Source of the DNA: Synechococcus sp.
Lineage (GTDB): Bacteria; Cyanobacteriota; Cyanobacteriia; Thermostichales; PCC-7336
NCBI GenBank assembly: GCA_051439425.1
Contig: JBFRWD010000074.1
Location: 1-57,433 of the forward strand
DNA length: 57,433 nucleotides
Direction: 5' to 3'
The notes under the pieces were generated by a model. It saw only the letters and a list, made by a program, of their open reading frames with translations. It was not told where the DNA came from and made no database searches. Below are positions 31,291 to 40,737 of this stretch, piece by piece; the stretch's first letter is position 1; each line of letters starts with the position of its first letter. Made by a program: the position numbers and the translations under genes.

Positions 31291-33360
31291 ATGAATATTC
31301 ACCGAACAGTTATCCCTCCAGACAGGGGGGGGACAGTTTATCCAGGCCGAACATTGCCGTCATTACTGGATGAAGCCTGCGAATTGCGGCCCAATCAACA
31401 TGCTTTGAATCAGTATATTGATCGGCAATGGCAGGGGATTTCCCTTCAAGAATTGCGCGTGTCTGCCGATGGATTTGCCCTAGGACTGTTGAGCTTGGGA
31501 CTCAAGAAAGGCGATCGCGTTGCACTATTTATGACTAGCGATAGTCAGTTTGCGATCGCCGATATGGGATGTGTATCTGCCGGCTTGGTGGACGTCCCCA
31601 TCGAGCTGTCTGAAGCTCCGTCTGCGATCGCCTATATCCTCAATCATTCACAAGCCAAAGCACTGATTGTTTCGACGTGGGACTTGCTGCAACAGATCGC
31701 AGAACAAATCTCCACCAGCAGCGATCTGACTGCGATTGTGGTAGCCGAGCAACAGCCTTGTCCCTCTACATTCCAATCTCCCAAGCCAGAGTTTCAGTAT
31801 TTTGCGCTCTCTGAGATAACGGCACGCGGCACTGCCCGGTTTTCGGTCGGGAAGCGCATGCAACTGCGATCGCGGCTCGACCCCGATGACCTGGCCACGA
31901 TTATTTACGTCATTGGCAGCACCGAACATGTCAGCGATGCACCGTTAGAAGACTGGCCCTGTTCACCCAGCACTATCCAACGCAATACCATCCAGCAACA
32001 ATTGTGGGAGCGCAGTCCAAAACGAGGCCCGACATGCGACGTTCCCAGAGGGGTCGCACTGAGTCATGCCAACATCACCTCCAGCACGCTGTCGGCTCTC
32101 TCCAGTCACCCCGATCTAATTCTGGGTCAGCCGGAAGTCGCTTTATCGTTCTTACCTCTGACCCATATTTTTGCTCGGGCCTTCCTATACGGACATCTCT
32201 TTTACGGCCATACCGTCTATTTCTCTACGCCAGAGCGAGTGAACCGCCATCTCAAAGACGTACAACCCACCATTTTTCTCACCGTTCCCCGATTGTTAGA
32301 GAAAGCATACGAGCAGATTCTGAAAACGGGCACTCAGCTAAGAGGATGGCGACGATGGGCCTATAGTTGGGCACTCAAATTAGCCGATCGCTACGAAATC
32401 GGACAAGTTCCACGAGGCTGGTATGCCGTAGAACTGTGGCTGGCAAGTTTGGCAGTCTTTTCCCAATGGCGGCAGGCGTTTGGAGGGCAGGTGAAGTTTC
32501 TGGTGTGTGGTGGTGCGGCCCTGAGCGCCGATCTTGCCAATTTTTTCACGGCAGCCGGAATTCCCGTACTACAGGGCTACGGCCTGACGGAAACCAGCTC
32601 GGTGGTCTGCTATAACCGCGATCGCTGGAACCGTGCCGGAACAGTGGGATTGCCAATTCCAGGGGTGGAGTTGGCGATCGCCGATGACGGCGAAATTCTG
32701 GTGCGCGCCCCTTACGTCATGCAGGGGTACTACAAAGACGAAGCAGCCACGCAAGCCGTTATCGATACCGACGGTTGGTTCCACACGGGGGATATGGGGG
32801 AACTAACGGGTGATGGCTTCCTCCAGATTGTTGGCTACAAGAAAAATCTGTTCAAGCTCTCCACTGGAAAGTACGTCTCTCCTCAACCGCTGGAACGCTA
32901 TCTGATGCATTCTCGCTTGGTGGAACGGGCGATCGCGATTGGGGCCCGCCGCAAGTTCTGCTCGTTGGCAATTTTTCCCAATGCCGAAGCACTGCGAGAG
33001 TGGGCCGACCGGGAGGGACTGGACGAACCACTGGAAGACTTGCTGACTCATCCACACGTGTTGAAGCTTTATCAATCACTGGTGGATGAAGCCAATGAGT
33101 GCATGCCCTATTGGTCCCGGGCCAAGCGGTTCCAACTGATCGATCCGGAACTGGCCCTGCATTGCGACATCACTCGGGTTGAGCGCCGGGTGGAGTGTTC
33201 GGAAAACGTCGAAGGGCTGAACGTCGAAGGGTTTAGCGCTGCGATTGAGGCCATGTATTCCAGGCCACTGCGCAACGGGATGCTGGCGATCGCGGGGCCG
33301 CTGACGGCTTTAGCCTATCGGGCTGGTCAGCTCTACGCCAGCTTGCCGATTCACACTTAA
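31291..33360 (+). CDS. fadD: Long-chain acyl-CoA synthetase-like AMP-binding protein with degenerate motifs
   Basis: LSFLPLTHIF, VPRLLEK, GYGLTETS and FHTGD present; P-loop altered and interrupted by an insertion. Confidence 0.8.
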   Translation: MNIHRTVIPPDRGGTVYPGRTLPSLLDEACELRPNQHALNQYIDRQWQGISLQELRVSADGFALGLLSLGLKKGDRVALFMTSDSQFAIADMGCVSAGLVDVPIELSEAPSAIAYILNHSQAKALIVSTWDLLQQIAEQISTSSDLTAIVVAEQQPCPSTFQSPKPEFQYFALSEITARGTARFSVGKRMQLRSRLDPDDLATIIYVIGSTEHVSDAPLEDWPCSPSTIQRNTIQQQLWERSPKRGPTCDVPRGVALSHANITSSTLSALSSHPDLILGQPEVALSFLPLTHIFARAFLYGHLFYGHTVYFSTPERVNRHLKDVQPTIFLTVPRLLEKAYEQILKTGTQLRGWRRWAYSWALKLADRYEIGQVPRGWYAVELWLASLAVFSQWRQAFGGQVKFLVCGGAALSADLANFFTAAGIPVLQGYGLTETSSVVCYNRDRWNRAGTVGLPIPGVELAIADDGEILVRAPYVMQGYYKDEAATQAVIDTDGWFHTGDMGELTGDGFLQIVGYKKNLFKLSTGKYVSPQPLERYLMHSRLVERAIAIGARRKFCSLAIFPNAEALREWADREGLDEPLEDLLTHPHVLKLYQSLVDEANECMPYWSRAKRFQLIDPELALHCDITRVERRVECSENVEGLNVEGFSAAIEAMYSRPLRNGMLAIAGPLTALAYRAGQLYASLPIHT

Positions 33361-33488
33361 GCTCTCAAGTTTTAGAGCTGTCAACGTCCAGAGTTTTCCG
33401 GTTGCAACGTTTCCCAGTTCCAGAGTTTCTAACTTCAGGCGTATTCAGTACATAAGTTTTTCCAGTCACAATCCGGGAGGGTACCGAC

Positions 33489-35867
33489 ATGATGCGAGCA
33501 TTCCGAACAGCTGCCGTCTTGGGTGCAGGAGTGATGGGCACTCAGATCGCCGCCCACCTAGCCAATGCCGGACTGACCGTTTACCTACTGGATTTGCCTG
33601 CCAAGAACGGCTCTAAAAATTCGCTGGTGAATGCAGCGCTGAAGAAAGCATCCCGACACAAGCCATCCGTGTTCTTCACGGAAGGAACCGTGCGACGGAT
33701 TGTGGCTGGGAATTTTGACGATGATTGGCATCGGCTAGACAACGTGGACTGGGTAATTGAAGCCGTTGTGGAAGATTTGGCCATCAAGCAGCAGCTGATG
33801 GAGAAGCTTGAAGCCGTGGTGGGCGATCGCACGATCGTTTCCACCAACACGAGTGGTTTACCCATTCACACCATTACGGAAGGGCGCTCTCTTGATTTCC
33901 GCCGTCGGTTCTTGGGCACGCATTTCTTCAATCCCCCCCGCTATCTCAAACTATTGGAACTGATTCCCACCGACGACACCGATCCGGCCGTGCTCGATCG
34001 CATGAAGTGGTTTGGTCGGATGCACTTGGGTAAAGGGGTGGTAGTGGCCAAAGATACCCCGAACTTTATCGCCAACCGCGTGGGCATGTTTGCCACCCTA
34101 TTGGGCCTGAGATGGTGGTTGGAGGAAGGCTACACCATCGAAGAAATCGATCGCCTCACCGGTACGCTGGTGGGCCGGCCCAAATCTGCCACTTTCCGGA
34201 CCGCCGACCTGGTGGGATTGGATACGCTGCTGTACGTGATCGAGCATCTATACGACGCCATTCCCCATGACGAGAACCGGGAGGTGTTCCAGGCTCCGGA
34301 TATTCTGCAGGAGCTGGTGAGCACGGGGACGCTGGGGGCCAAAACCAATCAAGGCTTCTATAAGAAAGCGGACGGGACAATTTTGTCCCTCAACCCCGAG
34401 ACCTGGACCTACGAACTGCCCCAACCGATGAATTTGGGCTACTTGGAGGATATGGGTGGAATGCGACTGGGCGATCGTCTGCGAGCTCTCTATCGCGAAC
34501 CCGGACGGGCTGGGGACTTTTTCCGCCAAACCACCCTAGAGATCCTTGCCTATGCTGCCAACCGCATTCCCGAGATCGCCGAACTTCCGGTAGCGATCGA
34601 TCGGGCCTTGCAATGGGGATTTGGCTGGCAGATGGGGCCGTTTCAAATCTGGGACGAACTGGGATTCGAAGCCGTGCTGGAGGATATGCAGGCGGCCGGG
34701 CTGACAGTACCCGAATGGATCGAGCAAATGTACGAGGAGGGCTACCAGCACTTCTATACCCATCGCGAGGGCGAGGACGTTGAATCGCGATTGCTGCAGG
34801 GATACGACCCCAGCATGGGTGGATGCGGATATACCGATGTGGAGCCGCATGCCGACGAGATCGAACTGGACGATCTGAAGCACGACCCTCAGCGGACGGT
34901 GTGGCACAACCCAGAAGCCGCCCTACTGGACTTGGGGGATGGTGTGTTGCTGTACGAGTTTCGCTCGAAAGGCAATACCCTCAGCAACGACGTGCTAGCG
35001 GGATTGGAGGCCAGCCTCGATTTACTGGAAACCAAAGATTATCTCGGCTTGGTGATTGGCAATGGCGGGCAAAACTTCTCTGCTGGAGCCAATCTCAAAG
35101 AAATGGCCTATGCCGCGCAGGAGGGAGGAGCGGCAGCGATCTCAGGACTGATTCGGCAGTTTCAAGCTCTGATGCAGCGGATTCATTATTTCCCCAAACC
35201 GATTGTGGCTGCCGTGCAGGGTCGAGCATTGGGAGGGGGATGTGAATTGGTGCTGGCGTGCCCTCACGCGGTAGCAGCGGCTGAAACCTATATCGGTTTG
35301 GTGGAGTTGAGTGTTGGCTTGGTTCCGGCTGGCGGTGGCCTATTGCGAATGGTATCCCGCGCCGTCGATCGCGCTCCGTCCGCAACCCCCAGTCACATTC
35401 AACCTTGGCTACAAAAAGCCTTTGAAACCATCGCCACAGCGACTGTTTCCAATAGCGCAACAGAGGCGATTGAACTGGGCTTTTTGCCCGCCGACACGGT
35501 GGCGGTGATGAATGGAGATCGCCGTCTCTACGTGGCCAAACAAGAGGTAATTCGCCTGGCCAACGAAGGTTACAGCCCTCCCCCAGACAACCACAACCTC
35601 TGGCTGATGGGCAGCTCCGCCCGCGCCCTCATGGAACACGCGGCATTCACCATGCATGAGGCCGGTTTCGCCTCTGACTACGATCGCCATTTAGCCGGCC
35701 AGTTGGCCTACGCCATGACCGGCGGCGAGCTGAACGCCCCCACTCTGGTGGAGGAACAGTACCTGCTGGATCTGGAGCGGGAGGCATTTGTTCCGTTGCT
35801 GGCAGAACCCAAAACGCAGGAACGGATGGCGTATTTGTTGAAGCACAAGAAACCGTTGAGGAATTGA
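33489..35867 (+). CDS. fadN: 3-hydroxyacyl-CoA dehydrogenase / enoyl-CoA hydratase (FadN type)
   Basis: GAGVMG Rossmann fold, STNTS, HFFNP, FIANR; C-terminal crotonase motifs FSAGANL, GGGCE and GLVPAGGG; ends KPLRN; GGAGG RBS. Confidence 0.92.
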   Translation: MMRAFRTAAVLGAGVMGTQIAAHLANAGLTVYLLDLPAKNGSKNSLVNAALKKASRHKPSVFFTEGTVRRIVAGNFDDDWHRLDNVDWVIEAVVEDLAIKQQLMEKLEAVVGDRTIVSTNTSGLPIHTITEGRSLDFRRRFLGTHFFNPPRYLKLLELIPTDDTDPAVLDRMKWFGRMHLGKGVVVAKDTPNFIANRVGMFATLLGLRWWLEEGYTIEEIDRLTGTLVGRPKSATFRTADLVGLDTLLYVIEHLYDAIPHDENREVFQAPDILQELVSTGTLGAKTNQGFYKKADGTILSLNPETWTYELPQPMNLGYLEDMGGMRLGDRLRALYREPGRAGDFFRQTTLEILAYAANRIPEIAELPVAIDRALQWGFGWQMGPFQIWDELGFEAVLEDMQAAGLTVPEWIEQMYEEGYQHFYTHREGEDVESRLLQGYDPSMGGCGYTDVEPHADEIELDDLKHDPQRTVWHNPEAALLDLGDGVLLYEFRSKGNTLSNDVLAGLEASLDLLETKDYLGLVIGNGGQNFSAGANLKEMAYAAQEGGAAAISGLIRQFQALMQRIHYFPKPIVAAVQGRALGGGCELVLACPHAVAAAETYIGLVELSVGLVPAGGGLLRMVSRAVDRAPSATPSHIQPWLQKAFETIATATVSNSATEAIELGFLPADTVAVMNGDRRLYVAKQEVIRLANEGYSPPPDNHNLWLMGSSARALMEHAAFTMHEAGFASDYDRHLAGQLAYAMTGGELNAPTLVEEQYLLDLEREAFVPLLAEPKTQERMAYLLKHKKPLRN

Positions 35868-35869
35868 GA

Positions 35870-35953
35870 TTCGTCATTGGTCCTTGGTCATTTGTCCTTA
35901 GTGAAGAGTGGCCCAACCAATAGACTAATGACCAATGACTAATGACCAGTGAC
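35870..35953. repeat. Inverted STRR heptamer arrays between fadN and fadA
   Basis: TTGGTCA/TTGGTCC units followed by TGACCAA/TGACTAA units. Confidence 0.8.
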
Positions 35954-36006
35954 TCCTACCCCGTAAGCCATACCCCTCCTCACCCATTCACTTTCGGAGG
36001 CCCACC

Positions 36007-37188
36007 ATGAATACCGTCTACATCGTTAGCTCTGTTCGTACTGCCGTCGGTAAAGCACCTCGCGGCTCCCTGCGCTCGATGCGACCGGATGAGATGGGGG
36101 GCGCAGTGGTGAAGGACGCGATCGATCGCGTTCCGGGGTTGGAGCCTGAGGATATTGAAGATTCCATCTTTGGCTGTGCCTTTCCGGAAGGAGAGCAGGG
36201 GATGAATTTGGGGCACGTGGTGGCTCACGTGGCTGGGCTGCCGGATTCCGTTCCGGGCTATACGGTCAGTCGCTGTTGTGCATCTGGATTACAGGCGATC
36301 GCGCTAGCGTCTCAAACGATTGAGGTGGGGCAGGCGGATGCGATTGTGGCAGGGGGAGCAGAGTCTATGAGCCTGATGCCTCCGGGTGGGAACTACGTGG
36401 CACCGAACCCCGGTCTGATGGGGGATTGGCCGCAAGCATACATGACGATGGGGTTGACGGCGGAGCGATTGGCGCAGGAGTTTCGCATCTCTCGGGAGGA
36501 GCAGGATGAATTTGCTCTGCGATCGCACCATCGCGCGTTGGCTGCGATCCGAGCCGGTCGCTTCACACCGGAGATCGCGCCCCTGTCGATTTACACCACG
36601 ACTTACCGAGACGGTCATCTCCATTCGCTAGCCTCCCGCTTCGATACCGATGAAGGCCCGCGTCCCGACACCACGTTGCCAGCACTGGCCAAGCTGAAGC
36701 CCGTGTTTAGTGCCAAAGGGACGGTGACAGCTGGAAATTCGTCGCAAACGTCGGATGGTGCAGCTGCATCTGTGGTGATGAGCAAGGGAATGTGCGATCG
36801 CCTCGGCATTCAGCCGATGGCTCGGTTGCTGGGCTATGCCGTTGCTGGGGTACCGCCAGAGATGATGGGGATTGGCCCGATTGAAGCGGTTCCCAAAGTG
36901 TTGCAGCAGGTGGGATTGCGAATGCGGGACATTGGGCTGATCGAACTGAACGAAGCGTTTGCCGTTCAGGCGTTAGCCGTAATTCGCAAACTGGGTTTGG
37001 ATGCTGGCATTGTCAATGTCAACGGCGGGGCGATCGCCCTCGGCCACCCGCTAGGCTGCACCGGAGCAAAGCTGACAGCAACGTTGCTGCACGAGATGAA
37101 GCGGCGCGGGATTCACTACGGTCTCTGCACGATGTGCATTGGCGGCGGCATGGGAGCTGCAGGGGTGTTTGAGAATTTGATGCGTTGA
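36007..37188 (+). CDS. fadA: Acetyl-CoA C-acyltransferase (3-ketoacyl-CoA thiolase)
   Basis: CASG, NEAF, GGAIALGHPLG and CIGGGMG catalytic motifs; GGAGG RBS. Confidence 0.95.
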   Translation: MNTVYIVSSVRTAVGKAPRGSLRSMRPDEMGGAVVKDAIDRVPGLEPEDIEDSIFGCAFPEGEQGMNLGHVVAHVAGLPDSVPGYTVSRCCASGLQAIALASQTIEVGQADAIVAGGAESMSLMPPGGNYVAPNPGLMGDWPQAYMTMGLTAERLAQEFRISREEQDEFALRSHHRALAAIRAGRFTPEIAPLSIYTTTYRDGHLHSLASRFDTDEGPRPDTTLPALAKLKPVFSAKGTVTAGNSSQTSDGAAASVVMSKGMCDRLGIQPMARLLGYAVAGVPPEMMGIGPIEAVPKVLQQVGLRMRDIGLIELNEAFAVQALAVIRKLGLDAGIVNVNGGAIALGHPLGCTGAKLTATLLHEMKRRGIHYGLCTMCIGGGMGAAGVFENLMR

Positions 37189-37238
37189 AGCTTGATGGTT
37201 TGAAGCTAGCAGGTTGCTGGCAGATTTCGGAGGTCGTG

Positions 37239-39722
37239 ATGATGGTGTTTCTTCAATCCCCTATTGTCGTTGTTCCCATTGGGTTGCTGCTGTTGCTTTT
37301 GCTGGGTTACTGGGCAGCACCCATGTGGGCTTGGTTTGGTTTGGTTGCAATTGGACTGTTAGCCATTCAAAGTCCGGTTTGGATTTGGGCAATCTTTGCC
37401 GCCATTGCTCTGGTCTTCAATATCCCAAAATTTCGAAGAGCCGCGATTACATCAGCCATTGTCAAAGGAATTACGGCGCTGAAGTTGCTGCCATCGATTT
37501 CGGAGACGGAGCGAGCGGCGATCGAGGCCGGCAACGTGTGGGTGGAAGGGGAGTTCTTCACGGGTAAGCCCGACCTGAAGCAAGCGATGGACGAGCCCCA
37601 TCCGGAATTGACCGAGGCTGAGCAAGCGTTTCTGGATAACCAAGTGGAAACCGCTTGCTCGATGACTAGCGACTGGGAAATTTACCAGCTCCAGGATTTG
37701 CCCGCTGATGTGTGGGCGTTTCTGAAGCAAGAGCGCTTCTTGGGCATGATGATTCCTCAGGAATATGGCGGATTGGGGTTTTCCAATGCGGCCTACAGTG
37801 CGGTGATGACCAAACTGGCATCAAGATCGTTCACCTACGTGGCAACGGTGGGGGTGGCCAATTCCTTAGGGCCTGCAAAACTACTGCTCCATTACGGAAC
37901 CCCAGAACAGAAGCAGCATTACCTACCGCGATTGGCGCGAGGAGAGGAGATTCCCTGCTTTGCTCTCACGGAGCCCACTGCCGGTTCCGATGCTGCCAGC
38001 ATGACCTCTAACGGGGTGGTGTTTGAGGGAGACGATGGGGAGCTGTACGTTCGCCTCAATTGGAAGAAGCGCTACATCACGCTGGGGGCGATCGCCACAC
38101 TCTTGGGTCTGGCCTTCCAGCTTGAAGATCCGTATAACCTGCTGGGCAAAGGTACCCGTGTCGGCATTACCTGCGCTCTGATTCCCACCGATAATCCTGG
38201 TGTGACCGTCAACCAACGGCACGATCCGATGGGAGTACCGTTTTACAACTCCCCCACCGAAGGCCATGACGTTGTCGTGCCCGTATCCCAAATCATTGGT
38301 GGCGTGGAGCAGGCGGGTCAGGGGTGGAAGATGCTGATGCAGTCGCTGGCGGCAGGGCGCGGGATTAGCTTCCCGGCTACCTGTTCTGGCGTCGCCAAGT
38401 TGGTGTCGCGGGTGACGGGAGCTTATGCCACAGTGCGCAAGCAGTTTGGGTTGTCTATCGGCAGGTTTGAGGGGATTGAAGAACCGCTGGCTCGCATTGC
38501 CGGACTGACCTACATCGTGGATGCAACGCGCCTGTATACCTGTGGAGCGGTCGATCGCGGCGAGCAACCGGCAGTAGTGTCGGCCATTGCTAAATACGCA
38601 ACGACCGAGCTGTCCCGCCAAATCATTAACGATGGCATGGATGTGATGGGCGGGGCGGGCATCTGTCGCGGGCCGCGCAATTTGCTGGCCAACATCTACA
38701 CGGCGACACCGATTTCCATCACGGTGGAGGGGGCAAATATCCTGACGAGATCGATGATGATTTTCGGTCAGGGGGCGATTCGCAGCCATCCTTACGTATT
38801 AAAAGAAATTGAGGCACTAGAAAACTCCGACCTGGCTGGTTTCGATCGCCTGTTGTGGGCGCATATGGGGTCGGCGACCAGTAACTCTATTCGCGCTATC
38901 TGGCTGCATCTCACCCGAGCCCGATTGCTGCGCAGTCCCGTACAAGGGCCGACTGCTCGGTACTATCAAAAACTGGCTTGGGCGTCAGCTGCGTTTGCTT
39001 CTATGACCGATCTGGTGTTGGTCAACTTGGGGGGCAGCTTGAAGCGACGGGAGAAGCTGGCCGGTCGGTTTGCGGATGTGTTGACCTGGATGTATTTGGC
39101 CACCGCTACGCTGCGTCGGTACGAAGCTGAAGGACGACAAGCGGAGGATCTGCCGCTCGTGCAGTGGGCGTTGGATTACGCATTCGCTCGCATTCAGGCG
39201 GCATTTGAAGGGATTGCCAGTAACTTATCGGATGCTGGGATGGGATTGCTGGGTGGATGGCAGTTGAGCTGGTGGCGGTTGAGTCCGATTGGAACCATGC
39301 CTAGCGATCGCCTCGGTCACGCTGTGGCTCGGTTGCTGCAAACTCCGGGTAGTCACCGCGATCGGTTGACGGACGGTATTTATCTGCCTGCTGATGTGAA
39401 GGAATCGTTGGGTCGTTTGGAACGAGCGTTTGCATTGGCAGTGCAAGCGGAGCCTGTCTTGAAACGTATCAAGCAGGCCAGTCGTGCCGGTCAGTTACCC
39501 AAAGGGCGTCCAGCCCAGTTGATTGCGGAAGCGGCAGTGCGCGGCATTATTTCTGCGGACGAGGCAGAATTGCTCACTGCAGCAGAAAAAGCTCGGTATG
39601 ACGCGGTGCAGGTGGATGCATTCGATTTGGAGGAGTATCGATCGCTGGCTGGATATCGCTCGTTAGAGGGAAAAGCATCTCAGCCGATCGCCGGTGCGTC
39701 TCCTGTGAGCGTGGGGGGCTAA
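37239..39722 (+). CDS. fadE: Acyl-CoA dehydrogenase, large membrane-anchored FadE type with DUF1974-like C-terminus
   Basis: N-terminal TM segments, ISETER, CFALTEP-GSDA, R-QFG and ITVEGANIL (catalytic Glu); GGAGG at 37229 supports ATG 37239 or 37242. Confidence 0.93.
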   Translation: MMVFLQSPIVVVPIGLLLLLLLGYWAAPMWAWFGLVAIGLLAIQSPVWIWAIFAAIALVFNIPKFRRAAITSAIVKGITALKLLPSISETERAAIEAGNVWVEGEFFTGKPDLKQAMDEPHPELTEAEQAFLDNQVETACSMTSDWEIYQLQDLPADVWAFLKQERFLGMMIPQEYGGLGFSNAAYSAVMTKLASRSFTYVATVGVANSLGPAKLLLHYGTPEQKQHYLPRLARGEEIPCFALTEPTAGSDAASMTSNGVVFEGDDGELYVRLNWKKRYITLGAIATLLGLAFQLEDPYNLLGKGTRVGITCALIPTDNPGVTVNQRHDPMGVPFYNSPTEGHDVVVPVSQIIGGVEQAGQGWKMLMQSLAAGRGISFPATCSGVAKLVSRVTGAYATVRKQFGLSIGRFEGIEEPLARIAGLTYIVDATRLYTCGAVDRGEQPAVVSAIAKYATTELSRQIINDGMDVMGGAGICRGPRNLLANIYTATPISITVEGANILTRSMMIFGQGAIRSHPYVLKEIEALENSDLAGFDRLLWAHMGSATSNSIRAIWLHLTRARLLRSPVQGPTARYYQKLAWASAAFASMTDLVLVNLGGSLKRREKLAGRFADVLTWMYLATATLRRYEAEGRQAEDLPLVQWALDYAFARIQAAFEGIASNLSDAGMGLLGGWQLSWWRLSPIGTMPSDRLGHAVARLLQTPGSHRDRLTDGIYLPADVKESLGRLERAFALAVQAEPVLKRIKQASRAGQLPKGRPAQLIAEAAVRGIISADEAELLTAAEKARYDAVQVDAFDLEEYRSLAGYRSLEGKASQPIAGASPVSVGG

Positions 39723-40618
39723 TGATGTCGCAAGCAGTTGTGGAACGGGAGGGATTTTTTACGGGAGCGGATGGGTTTCAGTTGTTCACTCGCACCTGGT
39801 TACCCAAGTCCGACCCCAGGGCAGTCTTGCTGTTAGTGCATGGGTTGGGTAGTCATAGCGGCTCGTTTTCTTATTTGGCCGAGATGTTGGTGGGCTATGG
39901 CTATGCTCTGTATGGTTTGGATTTGCGGGGGCACGGGCGATCGCAGGGGCAGCGGGGATTTATCCGCACCTGGGAAGATTACCGCTCGGATTTGCGATCG
40001 TTTCAGGAATGGGTCGATCGCCAGGCGGCCAACTGCACGCGATTTCTAGTCGGGCACAGTTTGGGGGCGGTGGTGGTGTTGGATTTTGTCATGCGGATGC
40101 AGCCGTCGTTGGCGGGGGCGATCGCGATGGCTCCGGCGTTAGGGACTGCAGGGGTGCCGCCGGTGAAGTTGGCAGTGGGGCAGTTGCTATCTAGTATTTG
40201 GCCTCGATTTGCTCTCGATACTGGGATTGACCCGTTCAAGGGGGCCCGCGATCCGCAGTTGTTGGAGGAGTTTTTAAACGATCCGTTGCGGCATTCGAAA
40301 GGAACGGCTCGGTTGGCAACGGAGTTTTTTGACACGGTGGACTGGATTCAAGCGAATCCCGATCGCCTGCAGGTGCCGTTGTTAATTTTGCATGGGGAAT
40401 CGGATGCGATCGCGTTGCCGGAGAGTAGTGCGGAGTTTATCGAACAGCTTCAGCATCCGGATACCAGTCGGTTGGCCTATCCCCAGTGCTATCACGACAT
40501 TCACCGGGATTTGAGTTGCGATTCGGTGGTGGAGGATTTGGTGGATTGGTTGGATTGGCATTCGGAAGATGATTGCTGTCAGTTGGGCCTGCCTCCGGTT
40601 CAGGAAATTGCGGCATAG
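39722..40618 (+). CDS. Alpha/beta hydrolase, lysophospholipase/monoacylglycerol lipase family
   Basis: VHGLGSH, DLRGHG, GHSLG nucleophile elbow, HGESD and YHD; start overlaps the fadE stop (TAATG). Confidence 0.9.
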   Translation: MMSQAVVEREGFFTGADGFQLFTRTWLPKSDPRAVLLLVHGLGSHSGSFSYLAEMLVGYGYALYGLDLRGHGRSQGQRGFIRTWEDYRSDLRSFQEWVDRQAANCTRFLVGHSLGAVVVLDFVMRMQPSLAGAIAMAPALGTAGVPPVKLAVGQLLSSIWPRFALDTGIDPFKGARDPQLLEEFLNDPLRHSKGTARLATEFFDTVDWIQANPDRLQVPLLILHGESDAIALPESSAEFIEQLQHPDTSRLAYPQCYHDIHRDLSCDSVVEDLVDWLDWHSEDDCCQLGLPPVQEIAA

Positions 40619-40660
40619 GTTGGTTGGCTAAAATGCGGCGGGTAGGTGCAAAAAAATCGA

Positions 40661-40673
40661 GGCGCTACGCGCC
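40661..40673 (-). other. GC hairpin GGCGC-GTA-GCGCC downstream of the CLec gene (candidate DGR recognition hairpin)
   Basis: Perfect 5-bp stem with GTA loop about 65 nt after the stop codon, preceded by pyrimidine-rich CTTTTGC-like repeats. Confidence 0.5.
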
Positions 40674-40737
40674 AAAGCCAGTGAAAAAGAGGTGAGAGCA
40701 AAGGGCAAAAAGGCAAAAGAGCAAAGGGAAGAAGAAT

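Noticed and set aside
37923..38789. 288-aa antisense ORF within fadE, and similar shadow ORFs across the window
   Set aside because: Fully overlap well-supported genes and lack recognisable motifs
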